Shown here piece after piece: positions 50,998 through 64,000 of a DNA stretch of 64,000 nucleotides (position 1 is its first letter; each line of letters begins with the position of its first letter). A program made the position numbers and the translations under genes. The stretch is from Eledone cirrhosa (lineage: Eukaryota). The notes beneath the pieces are model-generated. The model made no database searches, was not told where the DNA came from, and was given only the letters and a program-made list of their open reading frames with translations. Where the stretch lies: NCBI GenBank assembly GCA_964016885.1, contig OZ024757.1:6696001-6760000 (forward strand), given 5' to 3'.

Positions 50998-53900
50998 GCA
51001 CACCATTCGCCGCCGGACTTCAGCTTCCTCATTTAGCATGGGCAGTTTTTCTTGAAAATCACACCACACACAGCAAATGTGTGTCCGCACATGTACCAGT
51101 AATTACAGATCGATTCCGGTGAAAATTCACTGAAAACGGGCCATCCGGCCCTGTGCGTCGATCGTGGGCCGGCCGGATGTTGACGGATCGATGTGTAATT
51201 AGAAGTACATGTGCGGACACTCATTGGCTGTGCGTGGTATGCATTTCAGCAAGATATCTCCGTAACATCAAGAGTTATGGCTGTGGAGGCACACCTAGTC
51301 AAACGTAAACAAGGTCTGGAGCGTTTACGCTTCGCGATTTTGTTTACGTTTGGCTAGGTGTGCCTCCACAGCCACAACTCTTGATGTTACGGAGATATCT
51401 TGCTGAAATGCATACCACGCACAGCCAATGAGTGTCCGCACATGTACTTCTAATTACACATCGATCCGTCAACATCCAGCCGGCCCACGATCGACGCACA
51501 GGGCCGGATAGCCCGTTTTCAGTGAATTTTCACCGGAATCGATCTGTAATTACTGGTACATGTGCGGACACACATTTGCTGTGTGTGGAGTGATTTTCAA
51601 GAAAAACTGCCCATGCTAAATGAGGAAGCTGAAGTCCGCCGGCGAATGGTGTGCTTCGAAGAAAACTAATTCGAAAATGACCGTTTGCAGGCGGAGTAAC
51701 CTTTTCGATCGTGGGCCAGCCGCCCGTGGTGGGATCCATCTGTAATTACTGGTACATGTGCGGACACACATTTTCTGTGTGTGGTGTGATTTTCAAGAAA
51801 AACTGCCCATGCTAAATGAGGAAGCTGAAGTCCGCCGGCGAATGGTGTGCTTCGAAGAAAACTAATTCGAAAATGACCGTTTGCAGGCGGAGTAACCTTT
51901 TCGATCGTGCGCCAGCCGCCCCTGGTGGGATCCATCTGTAATTACTGGTACATGTGCGGACACACATTTGCTGTGTGTGGTGTGATTTTCAAGAAAAACT
52001 GCCCATGCTAAATGAGGAAGCTGAAGTCCGCCGGCGAATGGTGTGCTTCGAAGAAAACGAATTCGAAAATGACTATTTGCCGGCGGAATCACCTTTTCGG
52101 TCCTGGTCCGGCCGGATCTTGCCGGATCGATCGGAAATTTGTGGACCATGTTCGGAAGGCCATTGTGCATGTGTGGTGAAAAAAAGTTGTGTCGAAATCT
52201 TCTCGGAAAATAACGGATCGCCGGCGGAGATTGCCATTTCGATCGTGGGCCGGCCGGATCTTGTCGGATCGATTCGGACATATGTGCATCGTGTTCGCAA
52301 GGCCCTTGTCTATGTGTGGTGTGATTTTCATAAAGAAATTCCGAAAAACCCAGTTTTAAATCTGATTTCGCCAAAGAATTTTGGCTATCAGATCGGGTTG
52401 AAAGGTATGGTTTCAAGTCGATCTGAAAGTCTAAAATGGAATTCACTCGGTTAGCTAACTTTTGATATATCGGAGATATCTTTCTGAAAATCACACCACA
52501 CACTCCCAATGAGTGTCTGCACATGTATCAGTAATTACAGATGGATCCCACCACGGGCGGCCGGCCCACGATCGAAAAGGTTACTCCGAAGCACACCATT
52601 CGCCGGCGGACTTCATTTAGCATGGGCAGTTTTTCTTGAAGATCACACCACACACAGCCAATGAGTGTCCGCACATGTACCAGTAATTACAGATGGATCC
52701 CACTACGGGCGGCTGGCCCACGATCGAAAAGGTTACTCCGCCTGCAAACGGTCATTTTCGAATTCGTTTTCTTCGAAGCACACCATTCGCCGGCGGACTT
52801 CAGCTGCCTCATTTAGCATGGGCAGTTTTTCTCGAAAATCACACCACACACAGCCAATGAGTGTCCGCACATGTACCAGTAATTACAGATGGATCCCACC
52901 ACGGGCGGCTGGCCCACGATCGAAAAGGTTACTCCGCCTGCAAACGGTCATTTTCGAATTCGTTTTCTTCGAAGCACACCATTCGCCGGCGGACTTCAGC
53001 TTCCTCATTTAGCATGGGCAGTTTTTCTTGAAAATCACACCACACACAGCAAATGTGTGTCCGCACATGTACCAGTAATTACAGATCGATTCCGGTGAAA
53101 ATTCACTGAAAACGGGCCATTCGGCCCTGTGCGTCGATCGTGGGCCGGCCGGATGTTGACAGATCGATGTGTACTTAGAAGTACATGTGCGGACCCTCAT
53201 TGGCTGTGCGTGGTATGCATTTCAGCAAGATATCTCCGTAACATCAAGAGTTATGGCTGTGGAGGCACACCTAGTCAAACGTAAACAAGGTCTGGAGCGT
53301 TTACGCTTCGCGATTTTGTTTACGTTTGACTAGGTGTGCCTCCACATCCACAACTCTTGATGTTACGGAGATATCTTGCTGAAATGCATACCACGCACAG
53401 CCAATGAGTGTCCGCACATGTACCAGTAATTACACATCGATCCGTCAACATGCGGCCGGCCTACGATCGACGCATAGGGCCGGATGGCACGTTTTCGGTG
53501 AATTTTCACCGGAATCGATCTGTAATTACTGGTACATGTGCGGACACTCATTGGCTGTGTGTGGTGTGATTTTCGAGAAAAACTGCCCATGCTAAATGAG
53601 GCAGCTGAAGTCCGCCGGCGAATCGTGTGCTTCGAAGAAAACTAATTCGAAAATGACCGCTTGCAGGCGGAGTAACCTTTTCGATCGTGGGCCAGCCGCC
53701 CGTGGTGGGATCCATCTGTAATTACTGGTACATGTGCGGACACTCATTGCCTGTGTGTGGTGTGATTTTCGAGAAAAACTGCCCATGCTAAATGAGGCAG
53801 CTGAAGTCCGCCGGCGAATGGTGTGCTTCGAAGAAAACGAATTCGAAAATGACTATTTGCCGGCGGAATCACCTTTTCGGTCCTGGTCCGGCCGGATCTT

Positions 53901-56900
53901 GCCGGATCGATCGGAAATTTGTGGACCATGTTCGGAAGGCCATTGTGCATGTGTCGTGAAAAAAAGATGTGTCGAAATCTTCTCGGAAAATAACGGATCG
54001 CCGGCGGAGATTGCCATTTCGATCGTGGGCCGGCCGGATCTTGTCGGATCGATTCGCACATATGTGCATCGTGTTCGCAAGGCCCTTGTCTATGTGTGGT
54101 GTGATTTTCATAAAGAAATTCCGAAAAACCCAGTTTTAAATCTGATTTCGCCAAAGAATTTTGGCTATCAGATCGGGTTGAAAGGTATGGTTTCAAGTCG
54201 ATCTGAAAGTCTAAAATGGAATTCACTCGGTTAGCTAACTTTTGATATATCGGAGATATCTTTCTGAAAATCACACCACACACTCCCAATGAGTGTCTGC
54301 ACATGTACCAGTAATTACAGATGGATCCCACCACGGGCGGCCGGCCCACGATCGAAAAGGTTACTCCGAAGCACACCATTCGCCGGCGGACTTCATTTAG
54401 CATGGGCAGTTTTTCTTGAAGATCACACCACACACAGCCAATGAGTGTCCGCACATGTACCAGTAATTACAGATGGATCCCACTACGGGCGGCTGGCCCA
54501 CGATCGAAAAGGTTACTCCGCCTGCAAACGGTCATTTTCGAATTCGTTTTCTTCGAAGCACACCATTCGCCGGCGGACTTCAGCTGCCTCATTTAGCATG
54601 GGCAGCTTTTCTCGAAAATCACACCACACACAGCCAATGAGTGTCCGCACATGTACCAGTAATTACAGATGGATCACACCACGGGCGGCTGGCCCACGAT
54701 CGAAAAGGTTACTCCGCCTGCAAACGGTCATTTTCGAATTCGTTTTCTTCGAAGCACACCATTCGCCGGCGGACTTCAGCTTCCTCATTTAGCATGGGCA
54801 GTTTTTCTCGAAAATCACACCACACACAGCAAATCTGTGTCCGCACATGTACCAGTAATTACAGATCGATTCCGGTGAAAATTCACCGAAAACGGGCCAT
54901 TTGGCCCTGTGCGTCGATCGTGGGCCGGCCGGATGTTGACGGATCGATGTGTAATTAGAAGTACATGTGCGGACACTCATTGGCTGTGCGTGGTATGCAT
55001 TTCAGCAAGATATCTCCGTAACATCAAGAGTTATGGCTGTGGAGGCACACCTAGTCAAACGTAAACAAGGTATGGAGCGTTTACGCTTCGCGATTTTGTT
55101 TACGTTTGACTAGGTGTGCCTCCACAGCCACAACTCTTGATGTTACGGAGATATCTTGCTGAAATTCATACCACCCACAGCCAATGAGTGTCCGCACATG
55201 TACTTCTAATTACACATCGATCCGTCAACATCCGGCCGGCCCACGATCGACGCATAGGGCCGGATGGCCCGTTTTCAGTGAATTTTCACCGGAATCGATC
55301 TGTAATTACTGGTACATGTGCGGACACTCATTGGCTGTGTGTGGTGTGATTTTCAAGAAAAACTGCCCATGCTAAATGAGGCAGCTGAAGTCCGCCGGCG
55401 AATCGTGTGCTTCGAAGAAAACTAATTCGAAAATGACCGCTTGCAGGCGGAGTAACCTTTTCGATCGTGGGCCAGCCGCCCGTGGTGGGATCCATCTGTA
55501 ATTACTGGTACATGTGCGGACACTCATTGCCTGTGTGTGGTGTGATTTTCGAGAAAAACTGCCCATGCTAAATGAGGCAGCTGAAGTCCGCCGGCGAATG
55601 GTGTGCTTCGAAGAAAACGAATTCGAAAATGACTATTTGCCGGCGGAATCACCTTTTCGGTCCTGGTCCGGCCGGATCTTGCCGGATCGATCGGAAATTT
55701 GTGGACCATGTTCGGAAGGCCATTGTGCATGTGTCGTGAAAAAAAGATGTGTCGAAATCTTCTCGGAAAATAACGGATCGCCGGCGGAGATTGCCATTTC
55801 GATCGTGGGCCGGCCGGATCTTGTCGGATCGATTCGCACATATGTGCATCGTGTTCGCAAGGCCCTTGTCTATGTGTGGTGTGATTTTCATAAAGAAATT
55901 CCGAAAAACCCAGTTTTAAATCTGATTTCGCCAAAGAATTTTGGCTATCAGATCGGGTTGAAAGGTATGGTTTCAAGTCGATCTGAAAGTCTAAAATGGA
56001 ATTCACTCGGTTAGCTAACTTTTGATATATCGGAGATATCTTTCTGAAAATCACACCACACACTCCCAATGAGTGTCTGCACATGTACCAGTAATTACAG
56101 ATGGATCCCACCACGGGCGGCCGGCCCACGATCGAAAAGGTTACTCCGAAGCACACCATTCGCCGGCGGACTTCATTTAGCATGGGCAGTTTTTCTTGAA
56201 GATCACACCACACACAGCCAATGAGTGTCCGCACATGTACCAGTAATTACAGATGGATCCCACTACGGGCGGCTGGCCCACGATCGAAAAGGTTACTCCG
56301 CCTGCAAACGGTCATTTTCGAATTCGTTTTCTTCGAAGCACACCATTCGCCGGCGGACTTCAGCTGCCTCATTTAGCATGGGCAGCTTTTCTCGAAAATC
56401 ACACCACACACAGCCAATGAGTGTCCGCACATGTACCAGTAATTACAGATGGATCACACCACGGGCGGCTGGCCCACGATCGAAAAGGTTACTCCGCCTG
56501 CAAACGGTCATTTTCGAATTCGTTTTCTTCGAAGCACACCATTCGCCGGCGGACTTCAGCTTCCTCATTTAGCATGGGCAGTTTTTCTCGAAAATCACAC
56601 CACACACAGCAAATCTGTGTCCGCACATGTACCAGTAATTACAGATCGATTCCGGTGAAAATTCACCGAAAACGGGCCATTTGGCCCTGTGCGTCGATCG
56701 TGGGCCGGCCGGATGTTGACGGATCGATGTGTAATTAGAAGTACATGTGCGGACACTCATTGGCTGTGCGTGGTATGCATTTCAGCAAGATATCTCCGTA
56801 ACATCAAGAGTTATGGCTGTGGAGGCACACCTAGTCAAACGTAAACAAGGTATGGAGCGTTTACGCTTCGCGATTTTGTTTACGTTTGACTAGGTGTGCC

Positions 56901-59900
56901 TCCACAGCCACAACTCTTGATGTTACGGAGATATCTTGCTGAAATTCATACCACCCACAGCCAATGAGTGTCCGCACATGTACTTCTAATTACACATCGA
57001 TCCGTCAACATCCGGCCGGCCCACGATCGACGCATAGGGCCGGATGGCCCGTTTTCAGTGAATTTTCACCGGAATCGATCTGTAATTACTGGTACATGTG
57101 CGGACACTCATTGGCTGTGTGTGGTGTGATTTTCAAGAAAAACTGCCCATGCTAAATGAGGCAGCTGAAGTCCGCCGGCGAATCGTGTGCTTCGAAGAAA
57201 ACTAATTCGAAAATGACCGCTTGCAGGCGGAGTAACCTTTTCGATCGTGGGCCAGCCGCCCGTGGTGGGATCCATCTGTAATTACTGGTACATGTGCGGA
57301 CACTCATTGCCTGTGTGTGGTGTGATTTTCGAGAAAAACTGCCCATGCTAAATGAGGCAGCTGAAGTCCGCCGGCGAATGGTGTGCTTCGAAGAAAACGA
57401 ATTCGAAAATGACTATTTGCCGGCGGAATCACCTTTTCGGTCCTGGTCCGGCCGGATCTTGCCGGATCGATCGGAAATTTGTGGACCATGTTCGGAAGGC
57501 CATTGTGCATGTGTCGTGAAAAAAAGATGTGTCGAAATCTTCTCGGAAAATAACGGATCGCCGGCGGAGATTGCCATTTCGATCGTGGGCCGGCCGGATC
57601 TTGTCGGATCGATTCGCACATATGTGCATCGTGTTCGCAAGGCCCTTGTCTATGTGTGGTGTGATTTTCATAAAGAAATTCCGAAAAACCCAGTTTTAAA
57701 TCTGATTTCGCCAAAGAATTTTGGCTATCAGATCGGGTTGAAAGGTATGGTTTCAAGTCGATCTGAAAGTCTAAAATGGAATTCACTCGGTTAGCTAACT
57801 TTTGATATATCGGAGATATCTTTCTGAAAATCACACCACACACTCCCAATGAGTGTCTGCACATGTACCAGTAATTACAGATGGATCCCACCACGGGCGG
57901 CCGGCCCACGATCGAAAAGGTTACTCCGAAGCACACCATTCGCCGGCGGACTTCATTTAGCATGGGCAGTTTTTCTTGAAGATCACACCACACACAGCCA
58001 ATGAGTGTCCGCACATGTACCAGTAATTACAGATGGATCCCACTACGGGCGGCTGGCCCACGATCGAAAAGGTTACTCCGCCTGCAAACGGTCATTTTCG
58101 AATTCGTTTTCTTCGAAGCACACCATTCGCCGGCGGACTTCAGCTGCCTCATTTAGCATGGGCAGCTTTTCTCGAAAATCACACCACACACAGCCAATGA
58201 GTGTCCGCACATGTACCAGTAATTACAGATGGATCACACCACGGGCGGCTGGCCCACGATCGAAAAGGTTACTCCGCCTGCAAACGGTCATTTTCGAATT
58301 CGTTTTCTTCGAAGCACACCATTCGCCGGCGGACTTCAGCTTCCTCATTTAGCATGGGCAGTTTTTCTCGAAAATCACACCACACACAGCAAATCTGTGT
58401 CCGCACATGTACCAGTAATTACAGATCGATTCCGGTGAAAATTCACCGAAAACGGGCCATTTGGCCCTGTGCGTCGATCGTGGGCCGGCCGGATGTTGAC
58501 GGATCGATGTGTAATTAGAAGTACATGTGCGGACACTCATTGGCTGTGCGTGGTATGCATTTCAGCAAGATATCTCCGTAACATCAAGAGTTATGGCTGT
58601 GGAGGCACACCTAGTCAAACGTAAACAAGGTATGGAGCGTTTACGCTTCGCGATTTTGTTTACGTTTGACTAGGTGTGCCTCCACAGCCACAACTCTTGA
58701 TGTTACGGAGATATCTTGCTGAAATTCATACCACCCACAGCCAATGAGTGTCCGCACATGTACTTCTAATTACACATCGATCCGTCAACATCCGGCCGGC
58801 CCACGATCGACGCATAGGGCCGGATGGCCCGTTTTCAGTGAATTTTCACCGGAATCGATCTGTAATTACTGGTACATGTGCGGACACTCATTGGCTGTGT
58901 GTGGTGTGATTTTCAAGAAAAACTGCCCATGCTAAATGAGGCAGCTGAAGTCCGCCGGCGAATCGTGTGCTTCGAAGAAAACTAATTCGAAAATGACCGC
59001 TTGCAGGCGGAGTAACCTTTTCGATCGTGGGCCAGCCGCCCGTGGTGGGATCCATCTGTAATTACTGGTACATGTGCGGACACTCATTGCCTGTGTGTGG
59101 TGTGATTTTCGAGAAAAACTGCCCATGCTAAATGAGGCAGCTGAAGTCCGCCGGCGAATGGTGTGCTTCGAAGAAAACGAATTCGAAAATGACTATTTGC
59201 CGGCGGAATCACCTTTTCGGTCCTGGTCCGGCCGGATCTTGCCGGATCGATCGGAAATTTGTGGACCATGTTCGGAAGGCCATTGTGCATGTGTCGTGAA
59301 AAAAAGATATGTCGAAATCTTCTCGGAAAATTACGGATCGCCGGCGGAGATTGCCATTTCGATCGTGGGCCGGCCGGATCTTGTCGGATCGATTCGGACA
59401 TATGTGCATCGTGTTCGCAAGGCCCTTGTCTATGTGTGGTGTGATTTTCATAAAGAAATTCCGAAAAACCCAGTTTTAAATCTGATTTCGCCAAAGAATT
59501 TTGGGTATCAGATCGGGTTGAAAGGTATGGTTTCAAGTCGATCTGAAAGTCTAAAATGGAATTCACTCGGTTAGCTAACTTTTGATATATCGGAGATATC
59601 TTTCTGAAAATCACACCACACACTCCCAATGAGTGTCTGCACATGTACCAGTAATTACAGATGGATCCCACCACGGGCGGCCGGCCCACGATCGAAAAGG
59701 TTACTCCGAAGCACACCATTCGCCGGCGGACTTCATTTAGCATGGGCAGTTTTTCTTGAAGATCACACCACACACAGCCAATGAGTGTCCGCACATGTAC
59801 CAGTAATTACAGATGGATCCCACTACGGGCGGCTGGCCCACGATCGAAAAGGTTACTCCGCCTGCAAACGGTCATTTTCGAATTCGTTTTCTTCGAAGCA

Positions 59901-62900
59901 CACCATTCGCCGGCAGACTTCAGCTGCCTCATTTAGCATGGGCAGCTTTTCTCGAAAATGACACCACACACAGCCAATGAGTGTCCGCACATGTACCAGT
60001 AATTACAGATGGATCACACCACGGGCGGCTGGCCCACGATCGAAAAGGTTACTCCGCCTGCAAACGGTCATTTTCGAATTCGTTTTCTTCGAAGCACACC
60101 ATTCGCCGGCGGACTTCAGCTTCCTCATTTAGCATGGGCAGTTTTTCTCGAAAATCACACCACACACAGCAAATCTGTGTCCGCACATGTACCAGTAATT
60201 ACAGATCGATTCCGGTGAAAATTCACCGAAAACGGGCCATTCGGTCCTGTGCGTCGATCGTGGGCCGGCCGGATGTTGACGGATCGATGTGTAATTAGAA
60301 GTACATGTGCGGACACTCATTGGCTGTGCGTGGTATGCATTTCAGCAAGATATCTCCGTAACATCAAGAGTTATGGCTGTGGAGGCACACCTAGTCAAAC
60401 GTAAACAAGGTATGGAGCGTTTACGCTTCGCGATTTTGTTTACGTTTGACTAGGTGTGCCTCCACAGCCACAACTCTTGATGTTACGGAGATATCTTGCT
60501 GAAATTCATACCACCCACAGCCAATGAGTGTCCGCACATGTACTTCTAATTACACATCGATCCGTCAACATTCGGCCGGCCCACGATCGACGCATAGGGC
60601 CGGATGGCCCGTTTTCAGTGAATTTTCACCGGAATCCATCTGTAATTACTGGTACATGTGCGGACACTCATTGGCTGTGTGTGGTGTGATTTTCGAGAAA
60701 AACTGCCCATGCTAAATGAGGAAGCTGAAGTCCGCCGGCGAATCGTGTGCTTCGAAGAAAACTAATTCGAAAATGACCGCTTGCAGGCGGAGTAACCTTT
60801 TCGATCGTGGGCCAGCCGCCCGTGTTGGGATCCATCTGTAATTACTGGTACATGTGCGGACACACATTTGCTGTGTGTGGTGTGATTTTCAAGAAAAACT
60901 GCCCATGCTAAATGAGGAAGCTGAAGTCCGCCGGCGAATGGTGTGCTTCGAAGAAAACGAATTCGAAAATGACTATTTGCCGGCGGAATCACCTTTTCGG
61001 TCCTGGTCCGGCCGGATCTTGCCGGATCGATCGGAAATTTGTGGACCATGTTCGGAAGGCCATTGTGCATGTGTGGTGAAAAAAAGTTGTGTCGAAATCT
61101 TCTCGGAAAATAACGGATCGCCGGCGGAGATTGCCATTTCGATCGTGGGCCGGCCGGATCTTGTCGGATCGATTCGGACATATGTGCATCGTGTTCGCAA
61201 GGCCATTGTCTATGTGTGGTGTGATTTTCATAAAGAAATTCCGAAAAACCCAGTTTTAAATCTGATTTCGCCAAAGAATTTTGGCTATCAGATCGGGTTG
61301 AAAGGTATGGTTTCAAGTCGATCTGAAAGTCTAAAATGGAATTCACTCGGTTAGCTAACTTTTGATATATCGGAGATATCTTTCTGAAAATCACACCACA
61401 CACTCCCAATGAGTGTCTGCACATGTACCAGTAATTACAGATGGATCCCACTACGGGCGGCTGGCCCACGATCGAAAAGGTTACTCCGCCTGCAAACGGT
61501 CATTTTCGAATTCGTTTTCTTCGAAGCACACCATTCGCCGGCGGACTTCAGCTGCCTCATTTAGCATGGGCAGTTTTTCTCGAAAATCACACCACACACA
61601 GCCAATTAGTGTCCGCACATGTACCAGTAATTACAGTTGGATCCCACCACGGGCGGCTGGCCCACGATCGAAAAGGTTACTCCGCCTGCAAACGGTCATT
61701 TTCGAATTCGTTTTCTTCGAAGCACACCATTCGCCGGCGGACTTCAGCTTCCTCATTTAGCATGGGCAGTTTTTCTCGAAAATCACACCACACACAGCAA
61801 ATCTGTGTCCGCACATGTACCAGTAATTACAGATCGATTCCGGTGAAAATTCACCGAAAACGGGCCATTCGGCCCTGTGCGTCGATCGTGGGCCGGCCGG
61901 ATGTTGACGGATCGATGTGTAATTAGAAGTACATGTGCGGACACTCATTGGCTGTGCGTGGTATGCATTTCAGCAAGATATCTCCGTAACATCAAGAGGT
62001 ATGGCTGTGGAGGCACTCCTAGTCAAACGTAAACAAGGTATGGAGCGTTTACGCTTCGCGATTTTGTTTACGTTTGACTAGGTGTGCCTCCACAGCCACA
62101 ACTCTTGATGTTACGGAGATATCTTGCTGAAATTCATACCACCCACAGCCAATGAGTGTCCGCACATGTACTTCTAATTACACATCGATCCGTCAACATC
62201 CGGCCGGCCCACGATCGACGCATAGGGCCGGATGGCCCGTTTTCAGTGAATTTTCACCGGAATCGATCTGTAATTACTGGTACATGTGCGGACACTCATT
62301 GGCTGTGTGTGGTGTGATTTTCGAGAAAAACTGCCCATGCTAAATGAGGCAGCTGAAGTCCGCCGGCGAATGGTGTGCTTCGAAGAAAACGAATTCGAAA
62401 ATGACTATTTGCCGGCGGAATCACCTTTTCGGTCCTGGTCCGGCCGGATCTTGCCGGATCGATCGGAAATTTGTGGACCATGTTCGGAAGGCCATTGTGC
62501 ATGTGTCGTGAAAAAAAGATGTGTCGAAATCTTCTCGGAAAATTACGGATCGCCGGCGGAGATTGCCATTTCGATCGTGGGCCGGCCGGATCTTGTCGGA
62601 TCGATTCGGACATATGTGCATCGTGTTCGCAAGGCCCTTGTCTATGTGTGGTGTGATTTTCATAAAGAAATTCCGAAAAACCCAGTTTTAAATCTGATTT
62701 CGCCAAAGAATTTTGGGTAGCAGATCGGGTTGAAAGGTATCGTTTCAAGTCGATCTGAAAGTCTAAAATGGAATTCACTCGGTTAGCTAACTTTTGATAT
62801 ATCGGAGATATCTTTCTGAAAATCACACCACACACTCCCAATGAGTGTCTGCACATGTACCAGTAATTACAGATGGATCCCACCACGGGCGGCTGGCCCA

Positions 62901-64000
62901 CGATCGAAAAGGTTACTCCGCCTGCAAACGGTCATTTTCGAATTCGTTTTCTTCGAAGCACACCATTCGCCGGCGGACTTCAGCTGCCTCATTTAGCATG
63001 GGCAGCTTTTCTCGAAAATCACACCACACACAGCCAATGAGTGTCCGCACATGTACCAGTAATTACAGATGGATCACACCACGGGCGGCTGGCCCACGAT
63101 CGAAAAGGTTACTCCGCCTGCAAACGGTCATTTTCGAATTCGTTTTCTTCGAAGCACAACATTCACCGGCGGACTTCAGCTTCCTCATTTAGCATGGGCA
63201 GTTTTTCTCGAAAATCACACCACACACAGCAAATCTGTGTCCGCACATGTACCAGTAATTACAGATCGATTCCGGTGAAAATTCACCGAAAACGGGCCAT
63301 TCGGTCCTGTGCGTCGATCGTGGGCCGGCCGGATGTTGACGGATCGATGTGTAATTAGAAGTATATGTGCGGACACTCATTGGCTGTGCGTGGTATGCAT
63401 TTCAGCAAGATATCTCCGTAACATCAAGAGTTATGGCTGTGGAGGCACACCTAGTCAAACGTAAACAAGGTATGGAGCGTTTACGCTTCGCGATTTTGTT
63501 TACGTTTGACTAGGTGTGCCTCCACAGTCACAACTCTTGATGTTACGGAGATATCTTGCTGAAATTCATACCACCCACAGCCAATGAGTGTCCGCACATG
63601 TACCTCTAATTACACATCGATCCGTCAACATCCGGCCGGCCCACGATCGACGCATAGGGCCGGATGGCCCGTTTTCAGTGAATTTTCACCGGAATCGATC
63701 TGTAATTACTGGTACATGTGCGGACACTCATTGGCTGTGTGTGGTGTGATTTTCGAGAAAAACTGCCCATGCTAAATGAGGCAGCTGAAGTCCGCCGGCG
63801 AATCGTGTGCTTCGAAGAAAACTAATTCGAAAATGACCGCTTGCAGGCGGAGTAACCTTTTCGATCGTGGGCCAGCCGCCCGTGGTGGGATCCATCTGTA
63901 ATTACTGGTACATGTACGGACACTCATTGCCTGTGTGTGGTGTGATTTTCGAGAAAAACTGCCCATGCTAAATGAGGCAGCTGAAGTCCGCCGGCGAATG
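50998..64000. repeat. Palindromic satellite array 2, at least 7 units, running off the window
   Basis: The same marker ORF recurs at 51033, 53009, 54789, 56569, 58349, 60129, 61757 and 63189, giving periods 1976, 1780 x4, 1628 and 1432. Confidence 0.95.

Noticed and set aside
38659-63966. Recurring 60-270-aa ORFs in the palindromic satellite
   Set aside because: Overlapping on both strands, mirrored by the palindrome, broken differently between copies, and lacking transposase, Rep or other motifs.
38485-64000. Parvovirus-like rolling-hairpin concatemer or BFB product
   Set aside because: Loop and core sequences never invert between units, and no viral genes are present.

Overview
Eukaryotic, gene-poor and repeat-dominated DNA, most consistent with a coleoid cephalopod (octopus-like). 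The basis is a tandem C2H2 zinc-finger gene, abundant RTE LINEs, a SINE family and a divergent 18S 5' end; the taxon is inferred, not confirmed by search. From left to right the window holds: (1) an 18-finger C2H2 ZNF locus disrupted by a frameshift and a stop; (2) RTE, CR1-type, CRE-like and R4/Dong-like retroelement fragments; (3) interstitial (CCCTAA)n tracts; (4) a 1913-bp tandem amplification; (5) a telomere-capped, collapsed rDNA unit made of spacer-like 169-bp repeats, an ETS-like stretch, the 18S 5' end, an 8.6-kb satellite of shuffled 18S/28S motifs and the 28S 3' end, bracketed by a 3.2-kb direct duplication; (6) two arrays of a hierarchically palindromic 1.4-2.0-kb satellite with 196-bp subunits, one running into a Helitron-type 3' terminus. 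Nearly all ORFs beyond 11 kb are by-products of repeats. The most unusual items are the rRNA-mosaic satellite inside an rDNA shell, the telomerase-healing signature at its left edge, the nested-palindrome satellite with Helitron ends, and a twin-priming-type inversion in an RLE retroelement whose empty site is also present. Coordinates were read by eye and may be off by a few bases.
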